Shown in pieces: positions 9,276 to 19,403 of a DNA stretch of 64,000 nt. Position numbers and translations under genes: made by a program. The notes beneath the pieces were generated by a model. The model ran no database searches, was not told the DNA's origin, and was given only the letters and a program-made list of their open reading frames with translations. Within the stretch, counting starts at the first letter, position 1. Every line of letters begins with the position of its first letter. The DNA is from Candidatus Latescibacterota bacterium (GTDB lineage Bacteria > Latescibacterota > UBA2968), in NCBI GenBank assembly GCA_965205975.1, contig OZ242195.1, forward strand, positions 3,360,001-3,424,000, read 5' to 3'.

Positions 9276-11098
9276 TGGACACTCTCTCACTCATACTCTT
9301 AACGACAATCTCCCCCCTGGCGTGTTTTATCATCGCCATCATCTTTCTCATACAACAACCCAGAGCCGCTCAGGGATTGGTCCTGTTCGGCAGCGCGATA
9401 TCCCTTTTGAGCGCCATCGGCCTTCTCTTACAAGGACCCGTTGAACCCCTGCGGTTTTTGTGGTTTCAAAGCGGTGCAATACAACTCCAATTTGGCTTCA
9501 TCCTCGATGGGCCAAGCCTCATGTTTGGCGTTGTCGTCGCCTTCATCACCGCCTGCATCATGCTCTATTCAATCGGCTACATGGCGCACGACCCGGGCAA
9601 AACGCGCTATTTCGCAATGCTCAGTTTCTTTGCCTGGTCCATGCTCAGCTTTGTCTATGCCGTCGATCTCTTGCAGTCTTTCATCTTTTGGGAACTCGTC
9701 GGCCTGTCTTCTTTCTTCCTCATCGGTTTCTGGTTTGAAAAACCCGAAGCGGCAGGCGCAGCGCGCAAAGCTTTTCTCATGACCCGCGTGGGCGATGTCG
9801 GCCTCTTCATCGGCATTTTGCTCATCCTCCAACTCGTTCACAGCTTCGATATTCCCAGTCTCTTAGACCCTCAAACGGGCCTCTCTACACAAGTATCACC
9901 CGGCATACTCAACGCAATCACACTACTCATCTTTATTGGCATCATGGGCAAAAGCGCGCAATTCCCATTGCACACCTGGCTACCCGACGCGATGGAAGGC
10001 CCCACCCCGATCAGCGCCCTGTTGCACTCTGCCACCATGGTCGCCGCAGGCGTCTTTCTCATGATCCGCCTGCACCCGCTCTTTATAGCGGCGCAAGACA
10101 CAGCACTCATCGTCCTGGGCATTGCCACCTTCACCGCAATCCTCGCATCAACCATCGCAATGGTCGATACCGACATCAAAAAAGTACTCGCCTATTCGTC
10201 CATCAGCCAACTCGGCTTCATGCTCATGGCACTCGCTGCCGGCAGCCTCTTCGCCGGTGTATTTCACCTGATCACCCACGCCGTTTTCAAAGCCCTGCTC
10301 TTCCTCTGCTCGGGCATTTATATTCACGCCTATCACACCAACAGCATGGCCGAAATTGGTCGTAGTGGAGGCCGCCGTCTCAAAGCCACAACTTTTGGCC
10401 TCATCATCGGTGGCGCTGCCCTATCGGGCGTTCCCCCACTGGCGGGATTCTGGAGCAAAGAAGAAATTTTTGCCCAACTCGGTCACAATGGCTTCAACAT
10501 CTACATGGCCGGTGCATTTCTCGCGGCCTTTCTCACGGCCTATTACACATTCCGCATGATTTTCCTCATCACAAAACCCGACCAGGCACCTGCCACCGAC
10601 CACAGCCATCCCGAACCCCTGAACATGAAAGCCCCCGTCTTAATCCTCACTCTGGGCGCAATCGTACTCGGCTTCTTTGGCTCCAACATCGCCGAGGGCC
10701 TCGGTCTCATACCACAGCACCACAGCGTCATATTGATGATCCCCACCGTAGGCGTCGTCATCCTCGGCATCCTGATCGCCTATCTCGACTATGGACGCGA
10801 CAACGCGCCGCGCACGGGATTCATCAGCAAAATCGCACCCCTCAATACCCTGTTCACAAACAAATGGTACATCGACGAAGTCTATCGCGTCACCATCGTC
10901 GCCATCACCCACGCACTATCTCGCATCTTGCACTGGATAGAAGACCACGTCCTCGACGGAAATTACGACCGCTTTGGCCTCGGCATCTTGCGCACGGGCG
11001 CAAAATCAACCCGCGTACAGGGCGGCTGGATGCAACTCTATCTGGGCTGGGCGATCATCTTATTAGCCGTAGTCGCGCTTTACCTCGGATTGCGATAA
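9275..11098 (+). CDS. nuoL: NADH-quinone oxidoreductase subunit L
   Basis: WELVGLSSFFLIGFW, KSAQFPLHTWLPDAMEGPTPISALLHSATMV, THAVFKALLFL. ATG overlaps the nuoK stop (TGATG). Confidence 0.94.
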   Translation: MDTLSLILLTTISPLACFIIAIIFLIQQPRAAQGLVLFGSAISLLSAIGLLLQGPVEPLRFLWFQSGAIQLQFGFILDGPSLMFGVVVAFITACIMLYSIGYMAHDPGKTRYFAMLSFFAWSMLSFVYAVDLLQSFIFWELVGLSSFFLIGFWFEKPEAAGAARKAFLMTRVGDVGLFIGILLILQLVHSFDIPSLLDPQTGLSTQVSPGILNAITLLIFIGIMGKSAQFPLHTWLPDAMEGPTPISALLHSATMVAAGVFLMIRLHPLFIAAQDTALIVLGIATFTAILASTIAMVDTDIKKVLAYSSISQLGFMLMALAAGSLFAGVFHLITHAVFKALLFLCSGIYIHAYHTNSMAEIGRSGGRRLKATTFGLIIGGAALSGVPPLAGFWSKEEIFAQLGHNGFNIYMAGAFLAAFLTAYYTFRMIFLITKPDQAPATDHSHPEPLNMKAPVLILTLGAIVLGFFGSNIAEGLGLIPQHHSVILMIPTVGVVILGILIAYLDYGRDNAPRTGFISKIAPLNTLFTNKWYIDEVYRVTIVAITHALSRILHWIEDHVLDGNYDRFGLGILRTGAKSTRVQGGWMQLYLGWAIILLAVVALYLGLR

Positions 11099-11101
11099 AA
11101 T

Positions 11102-12577
11102 ATGCCACTTCTCTCATCCATACTTCTCACCCCCGTCATCACCCTCATCATCCTTTTGCTCATGCCCCAAAGGGCTGTGCGGGGTATCCGGCTAATATGC
11201 GCCCTCAGCGGTCTTTTGACCTGTGTGCTGAGTCTGCAACTCTGGACGAGCTATGATCCCACAACCAGCGGTATTCAATTTGAAGAACTGATCCCCTGGG
11301 TCGCAGCCATTGGCATCTCCTATCACCTCGGCGTTGACGGATTTGGCGTTATCCTCGTCATGCTCAATTCCATCGTCTATTTCACCGGGGTACTCACCAT
11401 GTGGGACCTCGAAGAGCGCGTCAAAGAATATTTCGCCTTCATGGTACTCCTCGTCATCGGCGTCTTCGGCGTCTTCATGTCGCTGGACCTCTTCTTCTTC
11501 TTCTTCTTTTACGAAATCGCCGTCGTGCCCATGTACCCCCTCATCCTGATATGGGGCAGCGGCAACAGAGCTTATGCCGGGATGAAACTCATGCTCTTCC
11601 TCCTCGCCGGCAGCGCGCTCCTCTTTCCCGGTCTTCTCGCCATCTATCACCACGCGGGCCTCAACACCTTTGATATCATTGCCCTGTCTGCACACACATT
11701 CGACCCCCAATTCCAAATATTTGTCTATCCCTTCATCTACATTGGCTTTGGCGTCCTGGCCGGCCTCTTCCCCTTCCACGGCTGGTCGCCCACAGGCCAC
11801 GTTGCTGCGCCATCTGCGGTTTCCATGCTACACGCGGGCGTCCTGATGAAACTCGGCGCTTATGGCATACTCACAGTCGGCATTCGCCTGCTACCCGAAG
11901 GCGCTGCATACTGGGCGCCGACCTTTGTGGTATTGGCAGTCATAGGAATCATCTACGGAGCTTATGTCGCCATGCGGCAGACCGACTTCAAATTTGTCAT
12001 CGGCTTTTCATCTGTATCTCATATGGGCATCGTCCTCCTCGGCCTCAATCTCGCGGTCCTTGGCTCAGTCGTAGCTACCGACGCCCTCAACGGCGCTGTT
12101 TTCCAGATGTTTGCCCACGGCATCATGACCGCCCTGTTTTTCAGCACCGCGGGATATATCTACGACAAATCCCACTCAAAAACCATTACCGACTTTGGCG
12201 GCCTTGGCGCGCAGATGCCCCGCGCAGTCTCCATCTTCATCGTCGCGGGCCTGTGTGGTGCCGGGCTACCCGGCCTGGCGAGCTTTTGGGCTGAATTACT
12301 CGTATTCTTCGCCGCCTTAAAAACGTACCCCATCGCCGGCGTCATCGTCATCCTGGGCCTCTTACTCACCGCAGTTTACATCTTGCGCGTCTTCAACCTG
12401 GCCTTTTTTGGCGCACCAAATCCGAAATGGAAAAATCTGAAAGCACAGGATATGTCTGGCCTGCACCTGATACCGCGCGCCATACTAATCGCCGTACTCG
12501 TGATCTTCGGCTTTGTACCCCGCCTCATGCTCGACCTGATCAACAGCACGACAATGGCTTTCTTGGGTAATTTCTAA
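11102..12577 (+). CDS. nuoM: NADH-quinone oxidoreductase subunit M
   Basis: LGVDG, FFFYEIAVVPMY, PFHGWSPTGHVAAP, LMKLGAYG, SSVSHMG. Confidence 0.93.
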   Translation: MPLLSSILLTPVITLIILLLMPQRAVRGIRLICALSGLLTCVLSLQLWTSYDPTTSGIQFEELIPWVAAIGISYHLGVDGFGVILVMLNSIVYFTGVLTMWDLEERVKEYFAFMVLLVIGVFGVFMSLDLFFFFFFYEIAVVPMYPLILIWGSGNRAYAGMKLMLFLLAGSALLFPGLLAIYHHAGLNTFDIIALSAHTFDPQFQIFVYPFIYIGFGVLAGLFPFHGWSPTGHVAAPSAVSMLHAGVLMKLGAYGILTVGIRLLPEGAAYWAPTFVVLAVIGIIYGAYVAMRQTDFKFVIGFSSVSHMGIVLLGLNLAVLGSVVATDALNGAVFQMFAHGIMTALFFSTAGYIYDKSHSKTITDFGGLGAQMPRAVSIFIVAGLCGAGLPGLASFWAELLVFFAALKTYPIAGVIVILGLLLTAVYILRVFNLAFFGAPNPKWKNLKAQDMSGLHLIPRAILIAVLVIFGFVPRLMLDLINSTTMAFLGNF

Positions 12578-12578
12578 C

Positions 12579-14003
12579 ATGGAAAACGCTATACTCTTCG
12601 CACCAGAACTTATTTGCCTGCTCATGGGCCTCGTGCTCTTCTTCTGCACAGTCCTCAACTGGTCCTATCGCACCACCCGGGGCATTGCCATAGCATCCGG
12701 TATAGCCATGATCGCCGCCTGTCTCTGGACCCTATCCCTTGAAGGCGAACCCTTCTTCCCAGGCATATACGCGGTTGACTTCTTTTCTCAACTGATCAAA
12801 ACAGCACTCGCCGTCGGATTCTTATTTGTCGTCATAGCCAGTGCCACCCCCCTCACAGTTGACCGCAATGGTTGGCTCGAGGTCCCCCTCTTTTTCATCT
12901 TTTCCACACTCGGCATGATGATGATGGTAAGCGCGACCGAACTCCTCACCCTCTATGTCGCCATGGAACTGGCAGCCTACCCCGTCTATATCGTCGTTGC
13001 CCTTCACCGCAATGCGGACATCGGCGGGGAAAGCGCCGCCAAATACATGGTACAGGGCATGGCAGCCTCGGCCATCTCGCTCTACGGCATGAGCTTCCTC
13101 TTTGGCACATTTGGCTCCACCTACTTCTCTGCCATCAGCATCCCACACGCCGCCGCGCACCCCATCTTCTACCTGGGTCTATTGCTCACACTCGCTGGCT
13201 TCTTCTTCAAACTCGGCGCATTCCCCTTCCATTTTTGGGCACCCGACACGTATGAAACCGCGCCCCATCCAGTGATCACATTCATCGCCACCGTTTCCAA
13301 AATCGCCGCCATAGGCATCCTCTGCCGCCTGTTATCCCTGGCCATGCCCGGTGGCTGGGAATCGGGACACGCCCAAACCGCGCTCATGTGGGCAAGCGTC
13401 ATCGCAATGAGCCTGGGCAACCTATCGGCACTCGCGCAAAAAGACCTCAAACGCCTGCTCGGATACTCCACAGTCGCCCACGCCGGTTACGTGCTCCTCG
13501 CCCTGCAAACCTTCGCCGAATGGGGTCTTACCGCTGCCCTCTTTTACGCCATTGGCTACTTTGCCATGTCCTTTGCATGCTTCCTCGTCATCTGCGAAAT
13601 TGGTCGCAGCGAAGACCGCATCACCATCGACTCCGTATCTGGCCTTTACAAACGCGCGCCATTCCTCTCCTTCACCTTGCTCATCGGCCTGTTTGGCCTC
13701 ATTGGCCTCCCCCCCACTGTGGGCTTTGTCGGCAAATGGTTCCTCTTTTCTGCCGCCCTCCAGCGCGGTCAATTCTATCTCGTCCTAATCGCAGCCATCA
13801 ACGCCGCAATCGCCCTGTATTATTATCTCCTCATCATCCGCCAACTCTACTGGGTAGAACCCACCACACAGAACACCATCAAACCCACGCCCCTCATCGC
13901 CGTCACCGCAATGGCGACCATCATCCTCGTAATCGCAATGGGCACGCTCCCCGGTCCCTTCTGGGACATGGCTGCACGCGCCGCACGCGCACTGATCAGT
14001 TGA
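12579..14003 (+). CDS. nuoN: NADH-quinone oxidoreductase subunit N
   Basis: ESAAKY, FKLGAFPFHFWAPDTYE, LKRLLGYSTVAHAGY, GLPPTVGFVGKW. Confidence 0.94.
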   Translation: MENAILFAPELICLLMGLVLFFCTVLNWSYRTTRGIAIASGIAMIAACLWTLSLEGEPFFPGIYAVDFFSQLIKTALAVGFLFVVIASATPLTVDRNGWLEVPLFFIFSTLGMMMMVSATELLTLYVAMELAAYPVYIVVALHRNADIGGESAAKYMVQGMAASAISLYGMSFLFGTFGSTYFSAISIPHAAAHPIFYLGLLLTLAGFFFKLGAFPFHFWAPDTYETAPHPVITFIATVSKIAAIGILCRLLSLAMPGGWESGHAQTALMWASVIAMSLGNLSALAQKDLKRLLGYSTVAHAGYVLLALQTFAEWGLTAALFYAIGYFAMSFACFLVICEIGRSEDRITIDSVSGLYKRAPFLSFTLLIGLFGLIGLPPTVGFVGKWFLFSAALQRGQFYLVLIAAINAAIALYYYLLIIRQLYWVEPTTQNTIKPTPLIAVTAMATIILVIAMGTLPGPFWDMAARAARALIS

Positions 14004-14086
14004 TGAGCGCGAAAAAAAGAAAAAATATTCACCAAAATTAAATTTGTCTTATATTTTGTTACGCAATCATTTAACTAAAAGAAGAT

Positions 14087-14401
14087 ATGGCAATGGAAAC
14101 GATTGCTAAAAATAAAAACGCCACTGCTAAACAGGATCAACCAAAAGGAGATATAGCAATGGACGCTGACACCACAAATAACAACACTGAACAGAGCCAA
14201 CGGATAACAACCCTTGAGACAAATTTGGAATTTATCAAAGAACAGCTTTCAGATGTGAAACAGGACTTAAAAGACCTCAAGCAAGGGCAAGAAAATATTG
14301 AATCGCGGCTCAATACCCGGATTGACGATTTGATAAAATGGTATGTCCCCACAACGGTTGTTGCTCTATTGGCTTTTGCTGCTATCATGAAATATCTGTA
14401 A
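14087..14401 (+). CDS. Small coiled-coil protein with C-terminal TM anchor (CCDC90/DUF1640/XhlA-like architecture)
   Basis: Heptads RITTLETNLEFIKEQLSDVKQDLKDLK, then IKW plus a hydrophobic tail. An alternative start at 14159 has an AGGAG RBS. Confidence 0.65.
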   Translation: MAMETIAKNKNATAKQDQPKGDIAMDADTTNNNTEQSQRITTLETNLEFIKEQLSDVKQDLKDLKQGQENIESRLNTRIDDLIKWYVPTTVVALLAFAAIMKYL

Positions 14402-14425
14402 AATGGAATCATAGACATTAACCAC

Positions 14426-14470
14426 AAAAAAGAACCCGCAACCACCGAACGATTGCGGGTTCTTTTTTTT
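14426..14470. terminator. Bidirectional intrinsic terminator
   Basis: AAAAAAGAACCCGCAA-loop-TTGCGGGTTCTTTTTTTT between convergent genes. Confidence 0.85.
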
Positions 14471-14504
14471 GTGCAAATTCGCTTTCGCACATCATCATTC
14501 AAAA

Positions 14505-14990
14505 TCAAGGCATCGGTTTGTACGGAAATGACGAATGATGCACATTGATACGCAACTTGCCATTCTCGTCCTTAAAATAGCCAAACGTGAACTCCACCTT
14601 GGCTTTTTTGCCGGTATTCGCGTCTGTAAAATAGTAATTACCCATTGCAATGGCCGAGTCGCCGTTAATAATAATCCCAGCGTTCTCAAATCGGATTTTG
14701 CTCCACGGCTGGATAGCAAAACCGCGATCTTCAGGTACAATACCAGTCACAAAATAAGATATAGCTTCTTCTTTTTTTAATCGAAATTGTTTTTCTGACG
14801 CCCTCGTAGGCGTAAACAGAACCACGCTTTCATCATAACCATATAACTTATCGACGATCTCTTCGGCCAGTGCCTTATAGTCCTTTTTTTTCGTATAAGC
14901 TTCACCGATAGCGACAATTGCTTCACCCCAAATTTTTTGGGCCTCCATAACCTCTCTCTCGACAATACCATTATCTTTTTCAATCTTCAT
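14505..14990 (-). CDS. COG4337-type (iota-class) carbonic anhydrase, SnoaL/NTF2-like fold
   Basis: Motifs AQKIWG, VLFTPT, SYFV, PEDRGFAIQPWSKIRFEN, AMGNYYF, KVEFTFGY and terminal HHSSFPY. Confidence 0.8.
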   Translation of the reverse strand: MKIEKDNGIVEREVMEAQKIWGEAIVAIGEAYTKKKDYKALAEEIVDKLYGYDESVVLFTPTRASEKQFRLKKEEAISYFVTGIVPEDRGFAIQPWSKIRFENAGIIINGDSAIAMGNYYFTDANTGKKAKVEFTFGYFKDENGKLRINVHHSSFPYKPMP

Positions 14991-15198
14991 TTTTTTTGAT
15001 CCTCTTATTTGAGCAATCGTATCAGATTACATCGCATTATTCCCTTCTTAACATCATACATAAAAAAATTTCTCTTTCAGTGTCAAATCAAGATCTTCCT
15101 GACAAACGGTCTTTTTTTTGTCAAAAAAATCCGTTTTGTGTATCTTCTGTCCTATGGTAACAACTCCTACTCCTCTATGCAAACATTAAGGAATTTTC

Positions 15199-16125
15199 AT
15201 GCTCGGTAAATTAATCGACAAATTAAAAAAGGGACTGACCAAAACCCGCGAAGGCATGGTACAAAAAATCCGCGAAGTCATTCGGCGTCGTCCTGAAATC
15301 GACGAAGAAACCCTTGAAGAAATTGAAGAAATCCTCATCGAAGCCGACGTTGGCGTAGAACCCACCCTTCGCATAATTGACCAATTGCGCGAACGTTTTG
15401 AAACCGGCGAACCCGTTGAAAACCCGGAAACCGCAATCCAGGAATTTCTCGAAGAAGAAATCCGCAAAATCCTCCTGCCTTCAGATACTGCGCCATCTAT
15501 CGCAATCACAACCAAACCCCACATCATCCTCGTCGTAGGCGTCAACGGCGTGGGCAAAACCACCACCATTGGCAAAATGGCTCACAAACTCAGCCGCGAA
15601 GGCAAAAAAGTACTCTTTGCGGCAGGAGACACATTTCGGGCAGCTGCCATTGACCAACTCGGCATCTGGGCCGACCGCACGGGATCTGACATCGTGCAAC
15701 ACCAACCGGGTGCAGACGCAGCCTCCGTGGCATTCGACGCCATTCAGGCAGCCAGAGCACGTGACATCGACGTCGTAATCATCGACACAGCGGGCCGCCT
15801 GCACACCAAAATCAACCTCATGGAAGAAGTAAAAAAAATCCGCCGCGTCGTCGCCAAAGCCATGCCCGGTGCCCCCCACGAAACCCTGCTCGTACTCGAC
15901 GCCACCACAGGACAAAACGCCGTCATACAGGCAAAACAATTTCACAGCACAGTCGAACTCACGGGCCTTGTCCTGGCAAAACTCGACGGCACTGCCAAAG
16001 GAGGCGTAATCATCGCCATTGCCGACGAACTCGACCTGCCCGTGCGCTATGTTGGCCTGGGAGAAGGCATTGAGGACCTGGACGACTTTGACCCCGAAAC
16101 CTTTGTTAGAGCTTTATTCGAGTAA
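15199..16125 (+). CDS. ftsY: Signal recognition particle receptor FtsY
   Basis: [36 protein letters not shown]. Confidence 0.97.
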   Translation: MLGKLIDKLKKGLTKTREGMVQKIREVIRRRPEIDEETLEEIEEILIEADVGVEPTLRIIDQLRERFETGEPVENPETAIQEFLEEEIRKILLPSDTAPSIAITTKPHIILVVGVNGVGKTTTIGKMAHKLSREGKKVLFAAGDTFRAAAIDQLGIWADRTGSDIVQHQPGADAASVAFDAIQAARARDIDVVIIDTAGRLHTKINLMEEVKKIRRVVAKAMPGAPHETLLVLDATTGQNAVIQAKQFHSTVELTGLVLAKLDGTAKGGVIIAIADELDLPVRYVGLGEGIEDLDDFDPETFVRALFE

Positions 16126-16159
16126 TTGACGCCAATGCGAAATCGAGTATATTTTTTTT

Positions 16160-17320
16160 ATGCCTACCCAACTGCCCATATATCTCGACAACAACGCCAC
16201 CACACCCATAGATGAACGGGTGCTCAACGCGATGTTGCCCTATCTCAAAGACCGCTTTGGCAATGCCGCCAGCCGTACACACACCTTTGGGTGGCATGCC
16301 GAAGATGCTGTTGATCTGGCGCGGGAACAAATAGCCAGCCTCATCAACGCACAGCCCAAAGACATCGTCTTTACCAGCGGCGCCACAGAATCCGATAACC
16401 TCGCCATCAAAGGCGTGGTAGCCGCAGCCAAAACCCCGCACATCATCACGCAAGCCACCGAACACCACGCCGTACTCGACTCTTGCCGCGCCCTGGAACG
16501 CAATGGTGTCTCGGTCACAGTCCTGCCCGTAGATTCACACGGCATTGCCGACCCATCAGACATCGCAAACGCCATCACAGACAAAACCGCACTCGTCTCC
16601 ATCATGGCGGCCAACAACGAAATCGGCACCTGCCAGGCAATTGAAGAAATCGGGGCGATATGCCGTGAAAAAAACATCTATTTTCACACAGATGCAGCAC
16701 AGGCCATTGGCAAATACCCGCTCGACGTCGAAGCCATGCACATCGACCTGCTCTCCATCTCTGCCCACAAATTCTACGGTCCCAAAGGCGCAGGCGCGCT
16801 CTATGTGCGCAGTCGCCCGCGCGTTCGCCTCATCGGACAAATAGACGGCGGGGGACATGAAAAAGGCATGCGCTCTGGCACCCTCAATGTACCGGGCATT
16901 GTGGGCATGGGGGAAGCCTGTGCGCTCGCACAAAAACACATCAAAACCGAAGCAAAACACAGCCAGAATTTGCGCCATCGCCTGCAAAACCACCTCTTCA
17001 ACGCGCTGCCCCAAATACAACTCAACGGCCACCCCGAACAACGCCTGCCGGGCAACCTCAACATCAGCTTTTCTGGTGTGGATGGCGAAAGCCTGCTCAT
17101 GAGCTTGCAAGACATAGCTCTCTCATCCGGTTCGGCGTGTACATCCGCATCTCTCGAACCGTCTTATGTACTCAAAGCCATTGGCGTCAGCAATGACATG
17201 GCGCAGTGCAGCATACGCTTTGGCATTGGCCGATTCAACACCGAAGAAGAAATTGACTATGTTGCAGAGCGCGTAATTCAAGAAGTCAATCGCCTTCGCG
17301 AAATCTCGCCAAACTATTAA
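16160..17320 (+). CDS. iscS: Cysteine desulfurase, IscS subfamily
   Basis: YLDNNATTP, FTSGATE, HTDAAQ, SAHKFYGPKG (PLP Lys), SSGSACTS. Confidence 0.95.
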   Translation: MPTQLPIYLDNNATTPIDERVLNAMLPYLKDRFGNAASRTHTFGWHAEDAVDLAREQIASLINAQPKDIVFTSGATESDNLAIKGVVAAAKTPHIITQATEHHAVLDSCRALERNGVSVTVLPVDSHGIADPSDIANAITDKTALVSIMAANNEIGTCQAIEEIGAICREKNIYFHTDAAQAIGKYPLDVEAMHIDLLSISAHKFYGPKGAGALYVRSRPRVRLIGQIDGGGHEKGMRSGTLNVPGIVGMGEACALAQKHIKTEAKHSQNLRHRLQNHLFNALPQIQLNGHPEQRLPGNLNISFSGVDGESLLMSLQDIALSSGSACTSASLEPSYVLKAIGVSNDMAQCSIRFGIGRFNTEEEIDYVAERVIQEVNRLREISPNY

Positions 17321-17339
17321 ATTTATCCCCGGAGCCATC

Positions 17340-18149
17340 ATGCCAACCCCAGACCGCCCCCAACGCCCCGAAATCTTACCCGAAGTCAAAAACATCGTCG
17401 CAGTATCCAGCGGCAAAGGCGGCGTGGGCAAAACAACAGTTAGCGTAAACCTCGCGGTCTCACTCGCCAAACAGGGCGCGGCAGTTGGCTTGCTCGACGC
17501 GGATATTTACGGACCCAACGTGCCAATCATGATGGGCAGCACGGCGCAACCCAGGTCAATAGGCCAAAAAATACTACCCCTTGAAAATCACAATGTCAAA
17601 TTCATGTCTCTCGGCCTCATCGCCGGAGAAAATGCCCCCATTATATGGCGCGGTCCCATCGTGGGCAGAATGATTCAGCAATTCATGGTTGACGTAATAT
17701 GGGGCGCACTCGACTACCTCGTCGTCGATCTCCCCCCCGGCACGGGCGACGCACAACTCACCCTTGCCCAAACCGTGCCCCTCAGCGGTGCGGTCATCGT
17801 CACCACCCCGCAAAATGTCGCACTGGAAGACGTACATCGCGGCATCGAAATGTTCCGCAAAGTCGAAGTCCCCATCCTCGGCGTTGTCGAAAACATGAGC
17901 TATTTCCTGTGCCCGTGTTGCGGAGACCGCACCCCCCTCTTCGGCGAAGGCGGCGGTCAACACATCGCCGATGCTTTTGGCCTGCCCCTGCTCGGACAAA
18001 TCCCCATCCAGCCCAATATCCGCGAAGGCGGCGACACGGGTGCACCCATCGCAACAGGTGAAAACAATGCTTTCCCCGAAATCGCCCGACGCATTGCCGA
18101 CGCACTGGCAAAACGGGAAAGCGACCTGCCCGAAATCACAATTGTGTGA
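17340..18149 (+). CDS. apbC: Mrp/ApbC/NBP35 Fe-S cluster carrier ATPase
   Basis: SGKGGVGKTT, DADIYGP, WRGP, DLPPGTGD, VENMSYFLCPCC. Confidence 0.9.
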   Translation: MPTPDRPQRPEILPEVKNIVAVSSGKGGVGKTTVSVNLAVSLAKQGAAVGLLDADIYGPNVPIMMGSTAQPRSIGQKILPLENHNVKFMSLGLIAGENAPIIWRGPIVGRMIQQFMVDVIWGALDYLVVDLPPGTGDAQLTLAQTVPLSGAVIVTTPQNVALEDVHRGIEMFRKVEVPILGVVENMSYFLCPCCGDRTPLFGEGGGQHIADAFGLPLLGQIPIQPNIREGGDTGAPIATGENNAFPEIARRIADALAKRESDLPEITIV

Positions 18150-18233
18150 TTTTTCGGGCTTGCGGATGAAAAAAAATACCTTACATTAACCCTCGTTAAA
18201 AATGACCCAAAACACCAACCCGAAAGGCACGCC

Positions 18234-19403
18234 ATGAGTGCAACTTATGAAATGCTCGTCGGACAGGCAGAGGCCAGCACCACGGGACTCTCTCCAGAAC
18301 GCGCACAGGAGAAAATCCATGCAAATGGCACGCTGCTCATAGACGTGCGCGAGCGCGAAAATTATATCGAAGGATATATCCCCGGCGCAGAAAACGTGCC
18401 GCGTGGCTTTCTCGAACTCCGCATAGAAAGCATGGACAACGACCGCGACCGCGCAATCATTGTCTATGGTACACAGGGCCAGGGCGCATTGGCCGCACAG
18501 GCACTTCAAGACATGGGCTATTCCGATGTCGCGTATATCCAGGGCGACATCGATTCCTGGAAAAACGCCGGTCTCGCCATTGACCGTGACCGCGCGCTCG
18601 ACAAAGCCGAAGTACAGCGCTACTCCCGTCACCTCCTCATCCCCGAAGTGGGAGAACGCGGGCAGGGCAAACTCCTCGACGCCAAAGTTCTGCTCATCGG
18701 CGCAGGCGGATTGGGCAGCCCAACCGGACTCTATCTCGCCGCGACTGGCATAGGAACATTGGGAATTGTCGATGCCGACATCGTCGATGTCACCAACTTG
18801 CAACGCCAGATACTACACGGCACATCTGACCTGGGTCGTCTCAAAGCCATCTCGGCTTACGAAACCCTCAAAGAAATCAACCCCGGCTGCGATGTGGTGC
18901 CACACACCGATTATCTCACATCCGACAACATCATGGACATCCTCCCCGAATACGATATCATCGTCAACGGATGCGACAACTTCCCAACGCGCTACCTGGT
19001 CAACGATGCGTGTGTCTTCACAAAAAAACCCATCGTGGATGGCAGCATCTTCCGCTTTGAAGGTCAGGTCACAGTGTACACATGCGATGGCGAGGGACCT
19101 TGCTACCGCTGCCTCTACCCCGCGCCACCGCCAGCAGACCTGGCACCATCGTGAGACGAAGCAGGCGTGCTGGGTGTATTGCCCGGCACAGTTGGCCTCG
19201 TGCAGGCCACAGAAGTTGTCAAACTCATACTCGGTCAGGGGGATCCACTCATCGGTCGCTTGCTGATGTACGACGCCCTGCAAATGAACTTCAACACATT
19301 CAAAATTCGCCGCGACAAAAATTGCCCTGTATGCGGCGACAACCCGACCATCACCGAACTCATGGACTATCAGGCATTCTGCGCCATGGATCACAGCGAA
19401 TAG
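18234..19403 (+). CDS. moeB: Rhodanese-MoeB (E1-like adenylyltransferase), predicted selenoprotein of 389 aa with UGA at codon 307 (19152-19154)
   Basis: RYSRH, IGAGGLGSP, NLQRQ, DNFPTRY and CYRC precede the UGA. In the same frame after it come DEAGVLGVLPG...QATE...CPVCG. The UGA sits at the Cys of the PSC(x)EAGVLG motif. Confidence 0.85.
19163..19198 (+). promoter_or_regulatory. Candidate bacterial SECIS element
   Basis: 9-bp stem GTGCTGGGT (19167-75)/GCCCGGCAC (19181-89) with two G-U pairs. The loop GUAUU starts 21 nt after the UGA. Lower stem AGGC/GCCT. Confidence 0.65.

Noticed and set aside
4342..14003. Group 4 NiFe hydrogenase or Mrp antiporter
   Set aside because: NuoD lacks both CxxC Ni ligand pairs and keeps quinone-site motifs; NuoA and NuoJ are present in nuo order.
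14003..14990. Carbonic anhydrase as part of a complex I-coupled CO2 pump
   Set aside because: It is on the opposite strand, separated by another gene and a bidirectional terminator, and is not a Cup or Dab family protein.
19152..19154. moeB as a nonsense pseudogene or two separate genes
   Set aside because: The only lesion is a TGA exactly at the conserved Cys with a SECIS-like hairpin behind it, so Sec is the simpler explanation, though unproven.
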